DNA from: Phoronis australis
Taxonomy: Eukaryota; Animalia; Phoronida
DNA length: 64,000 bases
Direction: 5' to 3'
Assembly: GCA_002633005.1 (NCBI GenBank)
Contig: NMRA01000160.1
Span: forward strand, 440,277-504,276
Each line of letters opens with the position of its first letter. The stretch's first letter is position 1. Below the pieces are notes generated by a model. The model ran no database searches. It saw only the letters and a list, made by a program, of their open reading frames with translations, and had not been told where the DNA came from. Positions 26,290 to 64,000 of the stretch are shown here, piece by piece. Made by a program: the position numbers and the translations under genes.

Positions 26290-27190
26290 CCTGTGCCGGG
26301 TTGAATGAAAATCCCCAATAGGAACTCAACTTAATTCCTTTTAAGTCTTCTGCCTGTATGTAACATATAATCTCTGTTACGATCCCCTCTTTGACTCAAA
26401 GCCATTTTCTGATAATTTATCTAAAAATTGCTCCCTATTGATTTCCAAAAATATTGAGAATTAAACAGAGAGTTCACTCTCGGTATGTATGAAAGCCAAA
26501 AATATATTTTGTAATGAAAGTAAAACAGTCCACAAATGTGGTAAATGTTAAGGAATATAGTTGGAACTGTTTCATGCAACCGGGCACTCAGCGATGTTCC
26601 AACAGCTTAAAACCGTTTTGAAGTGACATTGCAGCGACACAATTCATATAACATATGAGTCTATACCAAACTCTAGTCTATTTACATTGGTGACAAACTG
26701 TGATGCAGAGATTAGAGCACTGAACTGATAACCAAAAAGGCCCACAGAAAAATTAGTTATACAACCCTAATTACTGACCACCAGGGGTCCACCAAACAAC
26801 AGTGTTCATTCTTCTAAGAACACTGAAATAACTGTCCGCATAAATAATCCATAAATGAATTGGAACTGGAATGACAAGTCAGTACATGACTACGTACAAA
26901 CGACTAACCCCATCTAGTGTGCCATACCGGAAACAGCCTAATTTCATCCAGCCCATCAAACCAACCTGAGGTGGATCTCTTGCAGAACCAAAATCACATC
27001 TTATGTGAGTACGGGGCGAGTCTGAATTAAGTTAGTTTACATTCAACACTGAAGGCAGGTGCATAGCAGGTTTACGGAGTTCAGCACTTGGTAAACGAGG
27101 ACAAACCTAAGTATTCACATACAGAGTAAGTCGGCACAACCCAGCACTATTTTAAAGATCATCTTCTAAAAAATAATCAGATGGACGTCT

Positions 27191-52530
<25,340 letters not shown>

Positions 52531-52810
52531 CCACTTGAAGTCCTCGCTCCTTTTCAGCGAAGATTTGTAAACACCACAGCTCCTGACTTTGGCGTAGAGT
52601 TGAGCTAACGTATGACTTTCTTGATATTTTTGAGAGTAACTATATTTGGAAGGAAATGTGGCTGCACGTTCAAATATCTGTTCCTCTGTTCTAAATATTA
52701 CTACAAGGTATGTGTTCTAGACATTTATAAATATACATCGTAACTTTTCCCAAATTGTTGCGAAATCGCGACGGCTACAGCTAAGTTTTGCTGACGTCAT
52801 TTTCAGGGTG
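52531..52810 (-). promoter_or_regulatory. Probable NEDD4 5' UTR and proximal promoter
   Basis: Immediately upstream of the ATG, CpG-rich neighbourhood, full CRE palindrome TGACGTCA at 52792-52799. TSS not determinable. Confidence 0.35.
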
Positions 52811-53774
52811 TTGGAATCAACACTGGGGAGCTTCATTTTAAACAGAAATGTTTTCATGATATTGACAGGATAACTTTTGCAGTAAATAGCAATTATTTTA
52901 TGCATATATGGGGACATTTTACATTAAATATTTCAAAAATTATATTGTTTTGTAAAAGCAAATTATTTAATTATTAAACTATGATAACCTGCTGAACTAG
53001 CAGACGAAAAAGACTTTCTTGTCACAAATAATATCGGTAAGTCTCGGTAGGTTTTGATTGACTGCTGCGGCAACCGCAGTGTCTATGGCATAGACATCAT
53101 AATACTATACTGTGATTTCTATGATGGTCTGTGGTGTAACTTTTAATTTTTAATCAATCTATTTCGTAATCCTACCCCCATATAAATTATCCGATTATCT
53201 TTAAGTTGAATGATGTGTAAAAACGGCCAGCAGCAGCAACTTTTTGTCGTGTACGAATAGCCTACAGCTGGTGCTCACACTTAGAAATCGAATTTCAAAA
53301 GTTTTGTCGCGTTTTAATTAAATTCAAACACACCATGTGAAAGCTCAAGCGTTCCTCAACGACCCAGCGTGCGACATGTTAGCCTTGGTGCAAAGCTTTG
53401 CGCCGATGCGGGTAAAAAACTTACCAGATAAAACCTGATACAAAATAAGTGTCATTAAAAACTACACATTTCCTTGAGCAAACTAAATTATTGGAAAAAC
53501 AGGCGTTCTTCCGTTATTCTCGCTGTTAAATTGTGGAGCGATCTTCTGTGTCGCCTCTCGGCGCCATAAAATATTGCGTCACCTATTTGGTCAGTTTCTT
53601 TTTCCATCGATTCTTCAATCAACTGTTGTTCTTTCACGAGGTTGCGTACACGTCACTACAAGTTATCGGAACTGGTTTCACTTCATTATAAGTTTTTAAT
53701 GCAGCAAATCGAATTCCACAACAAATTTTCTGCTGCTGCGAAACCGGCTGTCATCATCTCCCGAGAGACTTATG

Positions 53775-54814
53775 CAGGGCTCGACATTAACCGTAGTCCG
53801 ACTGCCTGGGACAACCAATTTGCTTGATCTGTCTTTTCTCTCAAGAAAGTTGTCCTACTGAGCACACGCCTACCTGTAGGAATACCTTAGTTCTAAGAGA
53901 TGACCAGCAGCGACCGAGGTACGTAAAAACCCAATCACGTTCAGGATCACGACGCCACTGTATCGTGTGCGCAGGCCGTCGAAGTCCGTTACTTCAGTCC
54001 CGCGACCTATATTTTAACTGATGTGCTTGAAGTCCGACGTCAGTGTATCTCCGTTCGGGTGAAGTCGGTCCTCCGTGCAGTAAGCAACAACTCCTGACTT
54101 TTCCAAAATTTCGATTTTAACCGTCCATGCTCGGCTTATCGCCCACCCCGTTTTTAGATTCCCATTTTAAGCGCCTAGGGCGGTAAGACGCGGACGAATA
54201 CGTTAGTTTGCGTATGGTTTCAGGTCAAGGAGTTCTGATCTTGCATCTGGTAACCAAACCAAACGTCGTGAAATCACGAAGCAACAATATGAAACCAATA
54301 AACGAAAACAGGAATTCATTCCGAAATGAAACTGAGAAAGATTTTGACTGGTTACCATACGGTTTGATAGCGACCAGAAGTAAAATGTGTTGTGTCCCGT
54401 GTGAAAAATACGCCGACGCAAAAAAGTTCATCTGTTGCGTCTGGGTCAGATGTGTTCAGGATCGAAACTGAAAAGTCATGGACAGTCGACGGATCTCTCA
54501 GTAGCTTATAAAATACATTATACAACTGAAATGAAAAGCCAGGGTAAAGTTGTAGCGTGTTCACTGGTGAAATCCAAATCCAAATACCCACTTTAATAAA
54601 CTTCTGCAAAATTTAAATGTCATGTAATATATGCTCTTACACATGTTTATTGATCTTGTGCTAACAGGTATAACGTGCGACATTCACATATGTTTGAAAA
54701 GTATAATTTGAGTTTAATTATCTTTGGACAAGTGTCTTATAGGTCAGGACAAGTAAATTTCATTTCTACTTGTCCCACTGGACAAGTTAAAATAAAAGTT
54801 AATGTCGAAACCTG
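53775..54814 (+). mobile_element. Internally deleted hAT transposon with a TTF-type zinc-finger remnant and 5-bp TSD TTATG
   Basis: TIRs CAGGGCTCGACATTAAC / GTTAATGTCGAAACCTG, subterminal GGACAAGT repeats, remnant SFRNE..KDFDWL.Y..KMCCVPCEKY / GSDVFRIET at ~54300-54480; empty paralogous site near 61270. Confidence 0.85.
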
Positions 54815-55780
54815 TTATGTCGCAAAATTTTAGGAAATGGCGCGTGTTCGTGACACAAGCGTACTGTTTTCAAAATCAAGAAATACTTTCATTGTTACAA
54901 AAGAATTACGCAAGAAAATGACGTTTGTTAGATTATTTTTCACTTAAACGGCTGTAACGGGCAAGGTGGGTGTCGCTGATTCACAGAGTTTGCATCAGCT
55001 CTACATGTTGATACAAGTTTCGCGGCGAGGCGACGATCACGGAACTACCCTGGCTGCGTACAATTTAGAGGTCTGTCGTCGCTGAACACACAATGGTACC
55101 TAGCTGTATTTTGACGATAGTCTTCATGCAGTAGCTGGCTGGCTAGCGACATGTTTGACCTGATTCTGATTTTATGTGGTTTTCGGCCTGAACTTGAAAA
55201 AGAGGGCGCTAACGTAAAAAACAGCGAATTGTCGGACGCCTGTCTTTCGTTGGGTTGAGAAGACGTTTTTAATCATATTTAATTGAAGAAGGACTATTTA
55301 AAACCAATGTCATAGGCTCTATTTTAATGACAATATACAATTGTTGTAGACTCGGAAATTGTTTTGGGCAGCCGGTAATTTGGAAAAGAACTTCGGTGTG
55401 CCGTGCTTGGCTCCCGGTCACTTAGGTAATTTTATAAATATTAAAGAACAAAGTTGTGCACTTTGCTGCAATAGACAGGAAAACATAAATGTTATAACGT
55501 TTTCATTTTCAATAATTTTTACTATTATTCGATGCTCGATGTTCATCCGACTAAGGCGTTGCGCGAGTTATTTTCATTCAAAATGGCGGAGTCCGGCTTG
55601 GTAGCGGTGGCACCTGTCTCACATTTTGAGAAATAACCTTGTTTGCGATTAGGACCTTCACATTCCAGTTTCCAAGTGCTATGTGTAAATAATGTGCGCT
55701 TATGTCAATGGAGATAAAAATCACACATTTTCGTTTCTAAGTTCTAATTTACAGAAATATACCAAAGCGACCAGGATAGT

Positions 55781-55905
55781 GTTCAGTAACGCTAGGACCT
55801 CGCTAAAATGTAGGCAAAATCACGTGTTCTCGTTTAAAATACACGGCAATATCTCACGTAATCTCGCGAAGTGTTGCTTTTTAGCGATGCTCTAGCGTTA
55901 TTGAA
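55781..55905. mobile_element. Short MITE with GTTCAGYAACGCTAGGACC TIRs
   Basis: GTTCAGTAACGCTAGGACCTCGCTAAAA...TTTTAGCGATGCTCTAGCGTTATTGAAC. Confidence 0.75.
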
Positions 55906-57397
55906 CTCAATACTCAAATGCTTATAGTGGATTTTCTTCACTCTTGAGTATATCAAAACGAAGGAAGGTGGAGATTTTTTTGCGGACAAAAGCATAAAAT
56001 ATTGGAAACTTGTGTATTTTCCCCGATAGATGCATGTCTAGTAACTAGTGCTGACCGTGTTCCTGAACTATGTCGTCTGTGTCTCAGTAAATGGTGACAT
56101 ACATGTACTATTGCATATGACATTTTGGCGACGAATATAGTCGATGGTTGGAAACTAACGTAAGGGTGGCGCTGGGGAGTAGCCGGTGATATTTCATGAG
56201 AAGAATCGTACGATAACACCATAACCGGTCGAGAATCTGCCGGTTTAGATCAAAGATACCATGTTGTTGTGGTCAATTAAATCACATTAGGTTGCTGATG
56301 TTATCGTTCTCTAGATAATGAGACCATCCTTTCCTCACTGGGGGCGACAACAGCATAGTTTTGAAAGCTTGTAACTATCGAATTTTGAAAAGAAATTTGA
56401 ATTTTACAATTTAAAACGTTTGTTTATTATTGAAATATCTACTATCGCGATTTTCTATTATTAAGCACTGACGTTTATGTGGATAGCATGCATTCCCATA
56501 ACATGTTGAACAAGAATGAACTGGTGGAAACTTATGCCTACTGCAAACACGTTGCAGTACCTCACTTAGTAACAAGGGCATTTCAGCAGCGCGTCGGCAG
56601 TGCTACGCAGTTCATGGTTACGAGTACACGATTGACTGCAAGAACACTAAACTACACGGACAGTTAACAAGTTAGTGTCGAAGGCTGCTAGTGCGACAGG
56701 CAACTTCCAACGACACCGAAGATCTCAGGTCCATGTGTACACGATGAAGCAACTTGAAACGTTGCCGATTCAAAACAGTTTCAACGGAAAACTGTACGCG
56801 ATCCATGCGCAGTCCTAGGGAATGGTCCGAAAACCGTGACACAGAACTTGCACAATTCTATACCAATCGCAAAGCCCTTTACTACACTGGGCTGTTTCGT
56901 TTGGGATAAGTGATTGGCGGTGCTCCTGTTCACTGGTGAGTTGACACCTAAGAATCTCTTCTTCTTCATACTTTCGTGCATCTATACGAGAAGGCGTCCA
57001 CGAGATAAATTTATCTAAAAGTTTTGAAAATAGCGATGCAACTAGACCTATGAGAAACATTGAAACTCCTATTATTACGTCACAAACAATTTCACTCGTC
57101 ATTTCTGTTTCTCCGAAACGTTAACTCTACAGGGATGATAGTAAAGATTCTGCGGACTAAAAACGATTCGAATGTTTGGGAAGGCGGTCCCGAAGTTGCT
57201 ATGTTCAAGGTTTTGCAGCAACTTTGGAACTCTTATTTTCGGTTACCGTTTTACTGTTAGCTTAAGGTTGTAAACAATTCGTGTGGGCAAGGGTTTGAAT
57301 TCCCCTGGATGCTGGCAAACAGTTCCCAATGATTTTCGCCGCACGTGAATGCGACATCCAAGTCTGTCTTTATTTTACCGGCTCTGCTGTTTGTAAA

Positions 57398-59740
57398 CTG
57401 ATCAACCTGCGGCATTAAGCATCCAAGGAAAGAATTAGAACCTGACCATGACGCCATGTGGTCTGAAATTATACACGCCGATAAACCCGAGTCGATCTTT
57501 CAGTTGACTTCTACACTCGAAGAAAAGGAGGCTTTGTTTGGATACATTTTATTGAAAAACAACGATGTTTCAAAGTTAAAATACCCTATATTAAAAGAAA
57601 AAGAACAATGAACTACACGAATGAAAAGATGAAATTAAAAACCTAAATGATTGTATGCGCAAAGACGCAAGTTCATACACGTGTCTTGCATATCAAAATC
57701 GCACAGATGCAACGTATTCTTCGTCACACTCTTTCGACGTATTTCTGTATTTTTTCTTTATTTTTTTCTTTTGACGTAACTTTCAATAATTACAGGCCGT
57801 ATTGATTGTAATAGGGAAGACCTCGGTCAAGTTTCTTGCGTATGAATGTGACGACTGCCTTGTGTTTGCAAAACAGTTCCTGGAATACCTGCAACAACCA
57901 AGTAAAGAAGTTGCTGATCCTCTGTGTTCACAGGCTGGCTTATTAAAATGAATGTATATGTCCTGCTATGAGTTGCGCCTGCCCATAGTACTCAGTTTGG
58001 AATTACTCCAGATTGAAACTCTGCTGGTGTGCAGCGTCCTAGACAAATGACGAATTGAAGATTCAATTTGTCAAATCTGTGATTTTCTTCATGGGCTTCA
58101 TATTGGATAACAAGAATAATAGTGTTGAAAGTTCTAGCAAAAAGCTTTTCTCCTTCACCACCAGTCTCGCTCCATTCTTGAGATAAGTCGCACAAATCAC
58201 GTGATTTGCGATAAGATCAATTGTGTAACGCGCGATGTCTTCCGTCGTTTTGTTTGAAAAAGTTGTCTTAAAATGTCATTTGTGGTCGTCGCTTGGAGTA
58301 GACAAAAATTATACGTCACAAGCTCGTTTCCAGGGACGAAAAGGAGTCCAGAGGTTGGCGTAAAGAAGCCATTTTTAGGATTAGAATAGTGCTACAAAAC
58401 AATATAAGAGAATAGTAAATAGTATGGAAAAGTAATATTATCTCTGAAATGATGGGCAATGGCAAACTGGAACACATAGCAACAATAAAAGCTTGATAAA
58501 GGATGGAGTGGGGAAAAATGTGAGAGAGAAGTCACACGGATCAATCAGATGAATCATGCAGTGCTGATCAACCGGGGGTATTAAGCATCCAAGGAACGGT
58601 GAATTGGAAGCTGGTCATGACGTCGTAGGGTCCGAAATTATACACGCCAATAAACGCTTTGAAGTCCACGTGAGTCGATCTTTCAGTTGACTTGTTGACT
58701 CAAAGAAAAGGAGGCATTTTTAATGCGACACTTTGTTTGGATACATTTTATTGAAAAACGACGATGTTTCAAAGTTAAACACCCTATATCGACAGAAAAT
58801 AACAACGAACTGCACGAATGAAAAGATGAAATTAAAAACCTAACTGATTGTGTGCGCAAAAATGCACGTTCATACACGTGTCCTGCATATCAAAATCGCA
58901 CAGATGCAACTTATTCTTCGTCTCACTCTTTCGACGTATTTCTGTATTTTTTCTTTATTTTTTCTTTTGACGTAACTTTAAACAATTTCAGGACGTGTTG
59001 GTTGTAACAGGGAAAACCTCGGTCCAGTTTCTTGCGTATGAATGTCACGACTGCCTTGAGTTAGCAAAACAGTTCCTGGAATACGTGCAACAAGCAAGTA
59101 GAGAAGTTGCTGATCCTCTGTTTTCACAGGCTGGTTTATTAAAATGAAGGTATATGTCCTGCTATGAGTTGCGCCTGCCCATCGTACTCAGTTTGGAATT
59201 ACTCCAGATTGAAACGCTGCTGGTGTGCAGCGTCCTAGACAAGTGACGAATTGAAGATTCACTTTGACAAACTCTGTGATTTTCTTGATGGGCTTCAAAT
59301 TGGATAACAAGCAACAATAGTGTTGAAAGTTCTAGCAAAAAGCTTTTCTCCGTAACCACCAGTCTCGCTCCATTCTTGAGATAAGTCGCACAAATCACGT
59401 GACTTTCGATGAGATCGGTAGTGTAAAACCGCGATATCTTCCATCGTTTTATTTGAAAAAGTTGTCTTAAAATGTCATATATGATTGACGCATGGACTAG
59501 ACAAAAATCATGCGTCGCAAGATCGTTTCCAGGAACGAAAGGGAGTCCAGAGGTTGGCGTAAAGAAGCCATTTTTACGACTAGAATAGTGGTACAAAACA
59601 ATATATAGTACGGTAAAGTAATTATCTCTGAAAAGATGGGTAATGGAATACCGCAACACAGGAACAAGAAAGGTTTGATAAAGGATGGAGTGGGAGAAAA
59701 TGTGAGAGAGAAGTCGCACGGATCAATGAATCATGCAGTG
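57398..59740. repeat. Tandem duplication of a ~1.17-kb unit (57398-58563 and 58564-59740)
   Basis: Both units start CTGATCAACC..ATTAAGCATCCAAGGAA and end ATGAATCATGCAGTG, collinear throughout with scattered substitutions and indels. Confidence 0.92.
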
Positions 59741-61067
59741 AAGCATGATGTAGTAAAAACAAAGAAATTCCTAAAAGCTCGTGGCAATCATCGGCCTGCA
59801 AGAGCCGAGAGCTTATAAGATAAGACTCGAGACCAGTCAGTAGTCTAAGCCAACAAGGAGGCTGGTAACAACTGTCCTGCACATAAGAAATTAATGTAGG
59901 GACCAGCCCAAACGAGAGAAAAAGCAGTCTAGTAGGGAGAGTCCAGTTGCTTACATAAATATATTTATAAGGGAAATACCGTTTATTGCCACTCACATCG
60001 TTATTATTGAGTTTAATGGGGTTGTCTGTCTGGCGGGTACAATTTTTAACTGGACCGGCCAGTCAGCCAAGCAGACATTCTAGAAAATTACGAGTATTCT
60101 ATCCAAGCCGGATTACAGTATTTGCCAGATACGCCCGAAATTCAACGTACTATGCAGCCACGATGTCTCGTTGAGAGAAACTCACTCAAATTCAAAGGCA
60201 GTTTCGAACTGTTAAGGATAACTAATGAAACCATACCACAGCATGAGAAGTCTGATTTGTCAAAAAAACGTCATCCAGCCTCTTCCCTAGCAAGATAATA
60301 TTCAATGTGACAATTCTTCACCGAAATCACGTCATGTATTGGGGGGGGGGGTCTTAACGAAATGAGAAATCGTCCTCCACTGTACATGCGGCTAGTAAGC
60401 AATTGTAACAGGCACATGTCTGCGATTATACTTAGCCTCACTCTTCACCCTTCTTCTCCAACGCAATCTTTCTCATCACCGAGTCACAGATCCCTCTAAA
60501 CTACTCAAAAAGGCTAATGTAAGCCTACATTTTGTTTCAGCCTCTAATATCCAGCCTAATTTCTACTAGTACTTTTTGTTAAGAACTCCTTTATAGTTTG
60601 GTGAAAAAAACCGACTCGACGTTTTTAAGAAAAAAGATAGGAGTCACAAAATGAATGGCTTAAGCAATTATACGTTGTTCGAGAAAGATATAAGTTTCGT
60701 TTTAAATGTTAAACGGCATTTCGTCTACTTTCACGAGCTAAGGCCTTGGAATGAGGGTGGCCTCTTCAGTGATAGCACTGCTTTTCAAGAGGGCCCTGCT
60801 ACTGGATTAGTACCTTAAAAGGGCGCTGTAGTAAAAATAATGGAGCAGTTAACCGGTTCCAACATACAAATAAATCTCACATTTGCCCGAGTTGCGCGCT
60901 AAACAAAACCTCAGTCATAGTTACTGTCAAAAGACTGAAACCCTGACAGCAATCGCCGATTGGCTGATATGTCAGTGACGTGGCTGGTGGGGCCTCGACT
61001 GCTTATCGCATATTGCTGTGCCATATTGTTAAGAGTTTAATACATTTTGAGTTGGCTTTTGGCGATT

Positions 61068-61610
61068 ACGTCACCTGACCATGACCATCTTCTTTTCTCC
61101 CGAATCTGTTATCAACTGTTCTTCGCTGTCGGCACAAGGTTGCGTACTTGTCACAACAAATTAGCGGAACTTATTTCATTTTGTTACAAATTTCTAGTAT
61201 TATAATACCAGCAAACCGAATTTTATAACAAACCTTGCTGCTGCGAAGCTGTCGTCATCTCCCGAAATACGTCGCAAAATTTTAGGAAATGGCGCGTGCG
61301 CCTTGTCACGAGCGTGTTGTTGTGAAACGGACGACACACTTTTCTTTGTTACAAAAGGCGGCGAATTGTGCTAGAAAATGACGTTGATTTGATTGCGTTC
61401 CACTTAAACGGCTGCAACGAAAAAAGTAAGTGTCGAATGACTACCAGATTTTGCATGCACCCCGCCCGTCCGTTAGCTCTACATGTTGGTGTAAGTTTTA
61501 CGACGAGGTGACGAGCATAAGTTAACTATACCGGGTAGTCAACAGCTGTGTGAAATTTCGGGGTCTAACGGACCTCAACACATTGTGGTACGATAGTCTT
61601 CATACAGCAA
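61068..61610 (+). repeat. Diverged direct copy of 53575-53774 plus 54815-55130 (empty site for the hAT insertion)
   Basis: Shared blocks AGGTTGCGTAC, GCTGCTGCGAA, CATCTCCCGA, GTCGCAAAATTTTAGGAAATGGCGCGTG, CACTTAAACGGCTG, ACGATAGTCTTCAT. Confidence 0.85.
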
Positions 61611-63452
61611 TAGTCGGTAACTAACCAATCCTTTAAGTTTACAGAGCTGAGTATTGGCTGGCAGCTGGCTGCCAGGCGAGAGTAAATTTCGTCTGACGAT
61701 GATGAAGACTGGGTATCACTTTGTGATGCCTCGTCTCAAACATGTATCCCTGATTACCGGCCATTTTACACTAAAATTTCTTATTCCAACAATTTGAAGA
61801 ACGCCACTTGACTGCACTCTAAAACAAGACACTGACTTTATCCCCACCAAAAATGTCACGAGAAGCAGCGCTCCAAGCGGATGGCTTTTAGCTTTGTTAG
61901 AGAATATAAGTTTATTATTTGCTGTTGAATTATTTGTGAAATTAATCGACATCTCATAGAAAGCTATGCAAAATTTATTCAGAATAAAATACAGTTCCCT
62001 TTCTGTCTTTGATACAAATGTATCTGTCGAGTGACCATCCCTGCTTTTGATAACTGGGCTTCACATATCCTTCCTCCCTTGCTAAAAATGCGTAGGTTAT
62101 TTGTGTAAAGTAAACCGTAGGCTTAAAGTTTCGATTGTGCGCACGTAGTGACTTTATCACTACATGTATTTCATATGTCACTGCTGGATTTGGATACATT
62201 TGAGCACCTACCTCTTCTCTCTTTCAAGCCTGCATTTATTAGAAGATATGGCGACAGGGCTTCATGTCATCGGTGAAGGTAATGGCATCAAAGGTACGAA
62301 GGTTTTTTTGTCAAGTAATATTTCAGAGATGGATAGTCTGAATAAGTGTATGAGGCATGTAGTGATTCCCGCAATAGTCCTCAGATGCGGAGCACTCGGC
62401 ACTATAGCTCTTATTATTCAACTTAATTTTGCAAGTAGACATTTTGCGGACAGTATTTCGCAAGTGTTGGTGATGCATTTAGTCTCTTTGGTGTCTATCC
62501 TTATGCAGTCAGTGTCGTTTCTACACAGACGGATTTAGGGAGCCCAAAGTTGTGCAAGCATTTTTATTTTGAAGCTGTGGTTGGTCCACCCTTGCGACAT
62601 TCGGAATCCACCCAGTGCTGTGGTGGGGCGTAGGCTCAGCCAACCATGTTTTGGCATTTGAACGTAGCGCCTACGCATCGTAAGTTACTTTCAGTGCTCA
62701 AGGTGATACGGTGGGCTTTGGGTGCCTACTTACCACTAATTTTACCACTACACCACTGAATCCACCAGACATCCTCGTAACGTACGATAGATGTATGGAT
62801 TATTTATTTGGTGCTATATATCTTTTATGAAAAAATAAAAATGCCCTTGCCCATCATAGTGTGTCCTAAATTGGCGAATTTTTGTTCTCGTGATTCTTAA
62901 AGCGTGTTATTTTGATCCAAAAAATCTTGTATTAGCCGATAAGAATTTCTAACAGTTGACAAGTGAAATCTATAACAATTGTTAATGTTTGATACATGTA
63001 TTTTTCAATGGCAGAATAGTTCCAAACACTTGTGCTAATCAGAATTGTTGTAATTTTCCATCTGGGCTATAAAAGGCTTGCTTGATTTTGACATTGACTA
63101 TTGAAATATTTTATAGGGGCATTTCGCGTTTTTATTTAACAGTTGGTGAGTTCTTAACCGAAGCGTTTTGGTATTAAAAAAATACCTCGTACAGTACGTA
63201 CTCGTAATTTTGCGGTTGGCCAACCCGAAGAATAGGCGGTGGGCCAGGATTTGTAGGGCTTCTAGAAAATGATTTTGTGAGTACTTTAGGGGGGCAATTT
63301 TAAGTCGCTGATGTTTCTGGTAACAGAAGTGGAGCCATATTACTACGGGCCTCAGGAATATGTTATCAGACCGATTCTATGAAAGCGAACGGTCTAATTC
63401 GATTTACGTTTTTAACCAGCTAAACAGGGCAAAATGGAACTTCGATAACTTA

Positions 63453-63966
63453 GTCCAAAGCCCGAGGTTTAATCTTCGAAATCGAACTCGAAATTAGTTT
63501 CCCATTTTCCAAGATGGGGGTCAAGGGATTTGGACCCTCACCCCCTTTTCCCTTGATTTTAGTGATTTCAAATGTAGAACTTTCAAGTTGTTGACTTGAT
63601 CCCCCCTTCTTAAAGAAATCCTTGACCCGAATCCCAATTTAAAAATCCTGTCTCCGCCCCTGGACTATTCTATTTATGTGCGAACTCAATGTGAAAGGTC
63701 TATTATTCTTTGCTAGAGAGTATTACGGCTCACGCAGATGAGTAGGCCTATGTATTGCAAGACCTCAAGATTCGATGTGAAAACGTGAGATTTTGAGCAA
63801 GAAGTCAAAATTTCGAGTTCAGACTAAGTTATAGCTTTAATGTTCGGGTCATCAAGTGCAAACTAGATTGGACACCATAACGTACTAAGAGCGGACACTG
63901 GCAGGACGGAAAATGTCAAAAATAGTTTCGAGTTCGATTTCGAGTACAAAGATTAAACCCCTGGAC
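63453..63966. mobile_element. Copy of the same Harbinger-like MITE family, containing a nested hAT-MITE right end (~63515-63662)
   Basis: GGTTTAATCT..AAATCGAACTCGAAA versus TTTCGAGTTCGATTTCGAGTACAAAGATTAAACC; shared internal motif; TCCGCCCCTG end inside. Confidence 0.7.
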
Positions 63967-64000
63967 CAAAAAATGGACCTCCGCCATTACGTCCGAGTAA

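Noticed and set aside
57795-59147. Plus-strand 51-codon exon-like frame after a polypyrimidine tract, open in both tandem units
   Set aside because: Differences between copies fall about evenly on the three codon positions (5/5/4 by my count), so there is no sign of coding constraint.
59162-59719. Longest ORF in the track (185 aa)
   Set aside because: The paralogous segment in the first tandem unit is broken by indels and stops; no recognisable motifs.
59749-59997. TG...CA segment suggestive of a solo LTR
   Set aside because: No target-site duplication and no second copy in the window.
61975-62540. ORFs 61975-62199 and 62164-62538 as a gene or transposase
   Set aside because: No recognisable motif order, multiple stops in other frames, no convincing splice sites.

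Overview
Eukaryotic genomic DNA (AT-rich, intron- and transposon-rich; invertebrate-like, species not determinable), so the six-frame ORF track is mostly noise. The main feature is a complete 25-exon NEDD4/NEDD4L-family E3 ubiquitin ligase gene on the minus strand (ATG 52530 to TAG 27191; 2436 nt CDS, 811 aa; C2 + 4 WW + HECT), assembled by hand with every splice phase consistent and one GC-AG intron. Further left are a candidate spliced orphan gene (~8.0-10.6 kb, minus) and the signal-peptide exon of another minus-strand gene that runs off the window (3363-3417). The rest is transposon debris: pearl/HINE-like core-repeat elements, a decayed LINE RT, Harbinger-like MITEs, hAT-like elements with 5-bp TSDs, a TTTAA-flanked piggyBac-like element nested in a foldback carrying CTCF-like motifs, tRNA-derived SINE heads and a 1.17-kb tandem duplication. 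The most unusual observation is a 73-bp minisatellite that has copied the 3' splice site and start of the second WW exon five extra times, each extra acceptor leading to a disrupted frame. I found no clear new multi-gene system; the findings are hypotheses. Coordinates were counted by hand and repeat boundaries are approximate.
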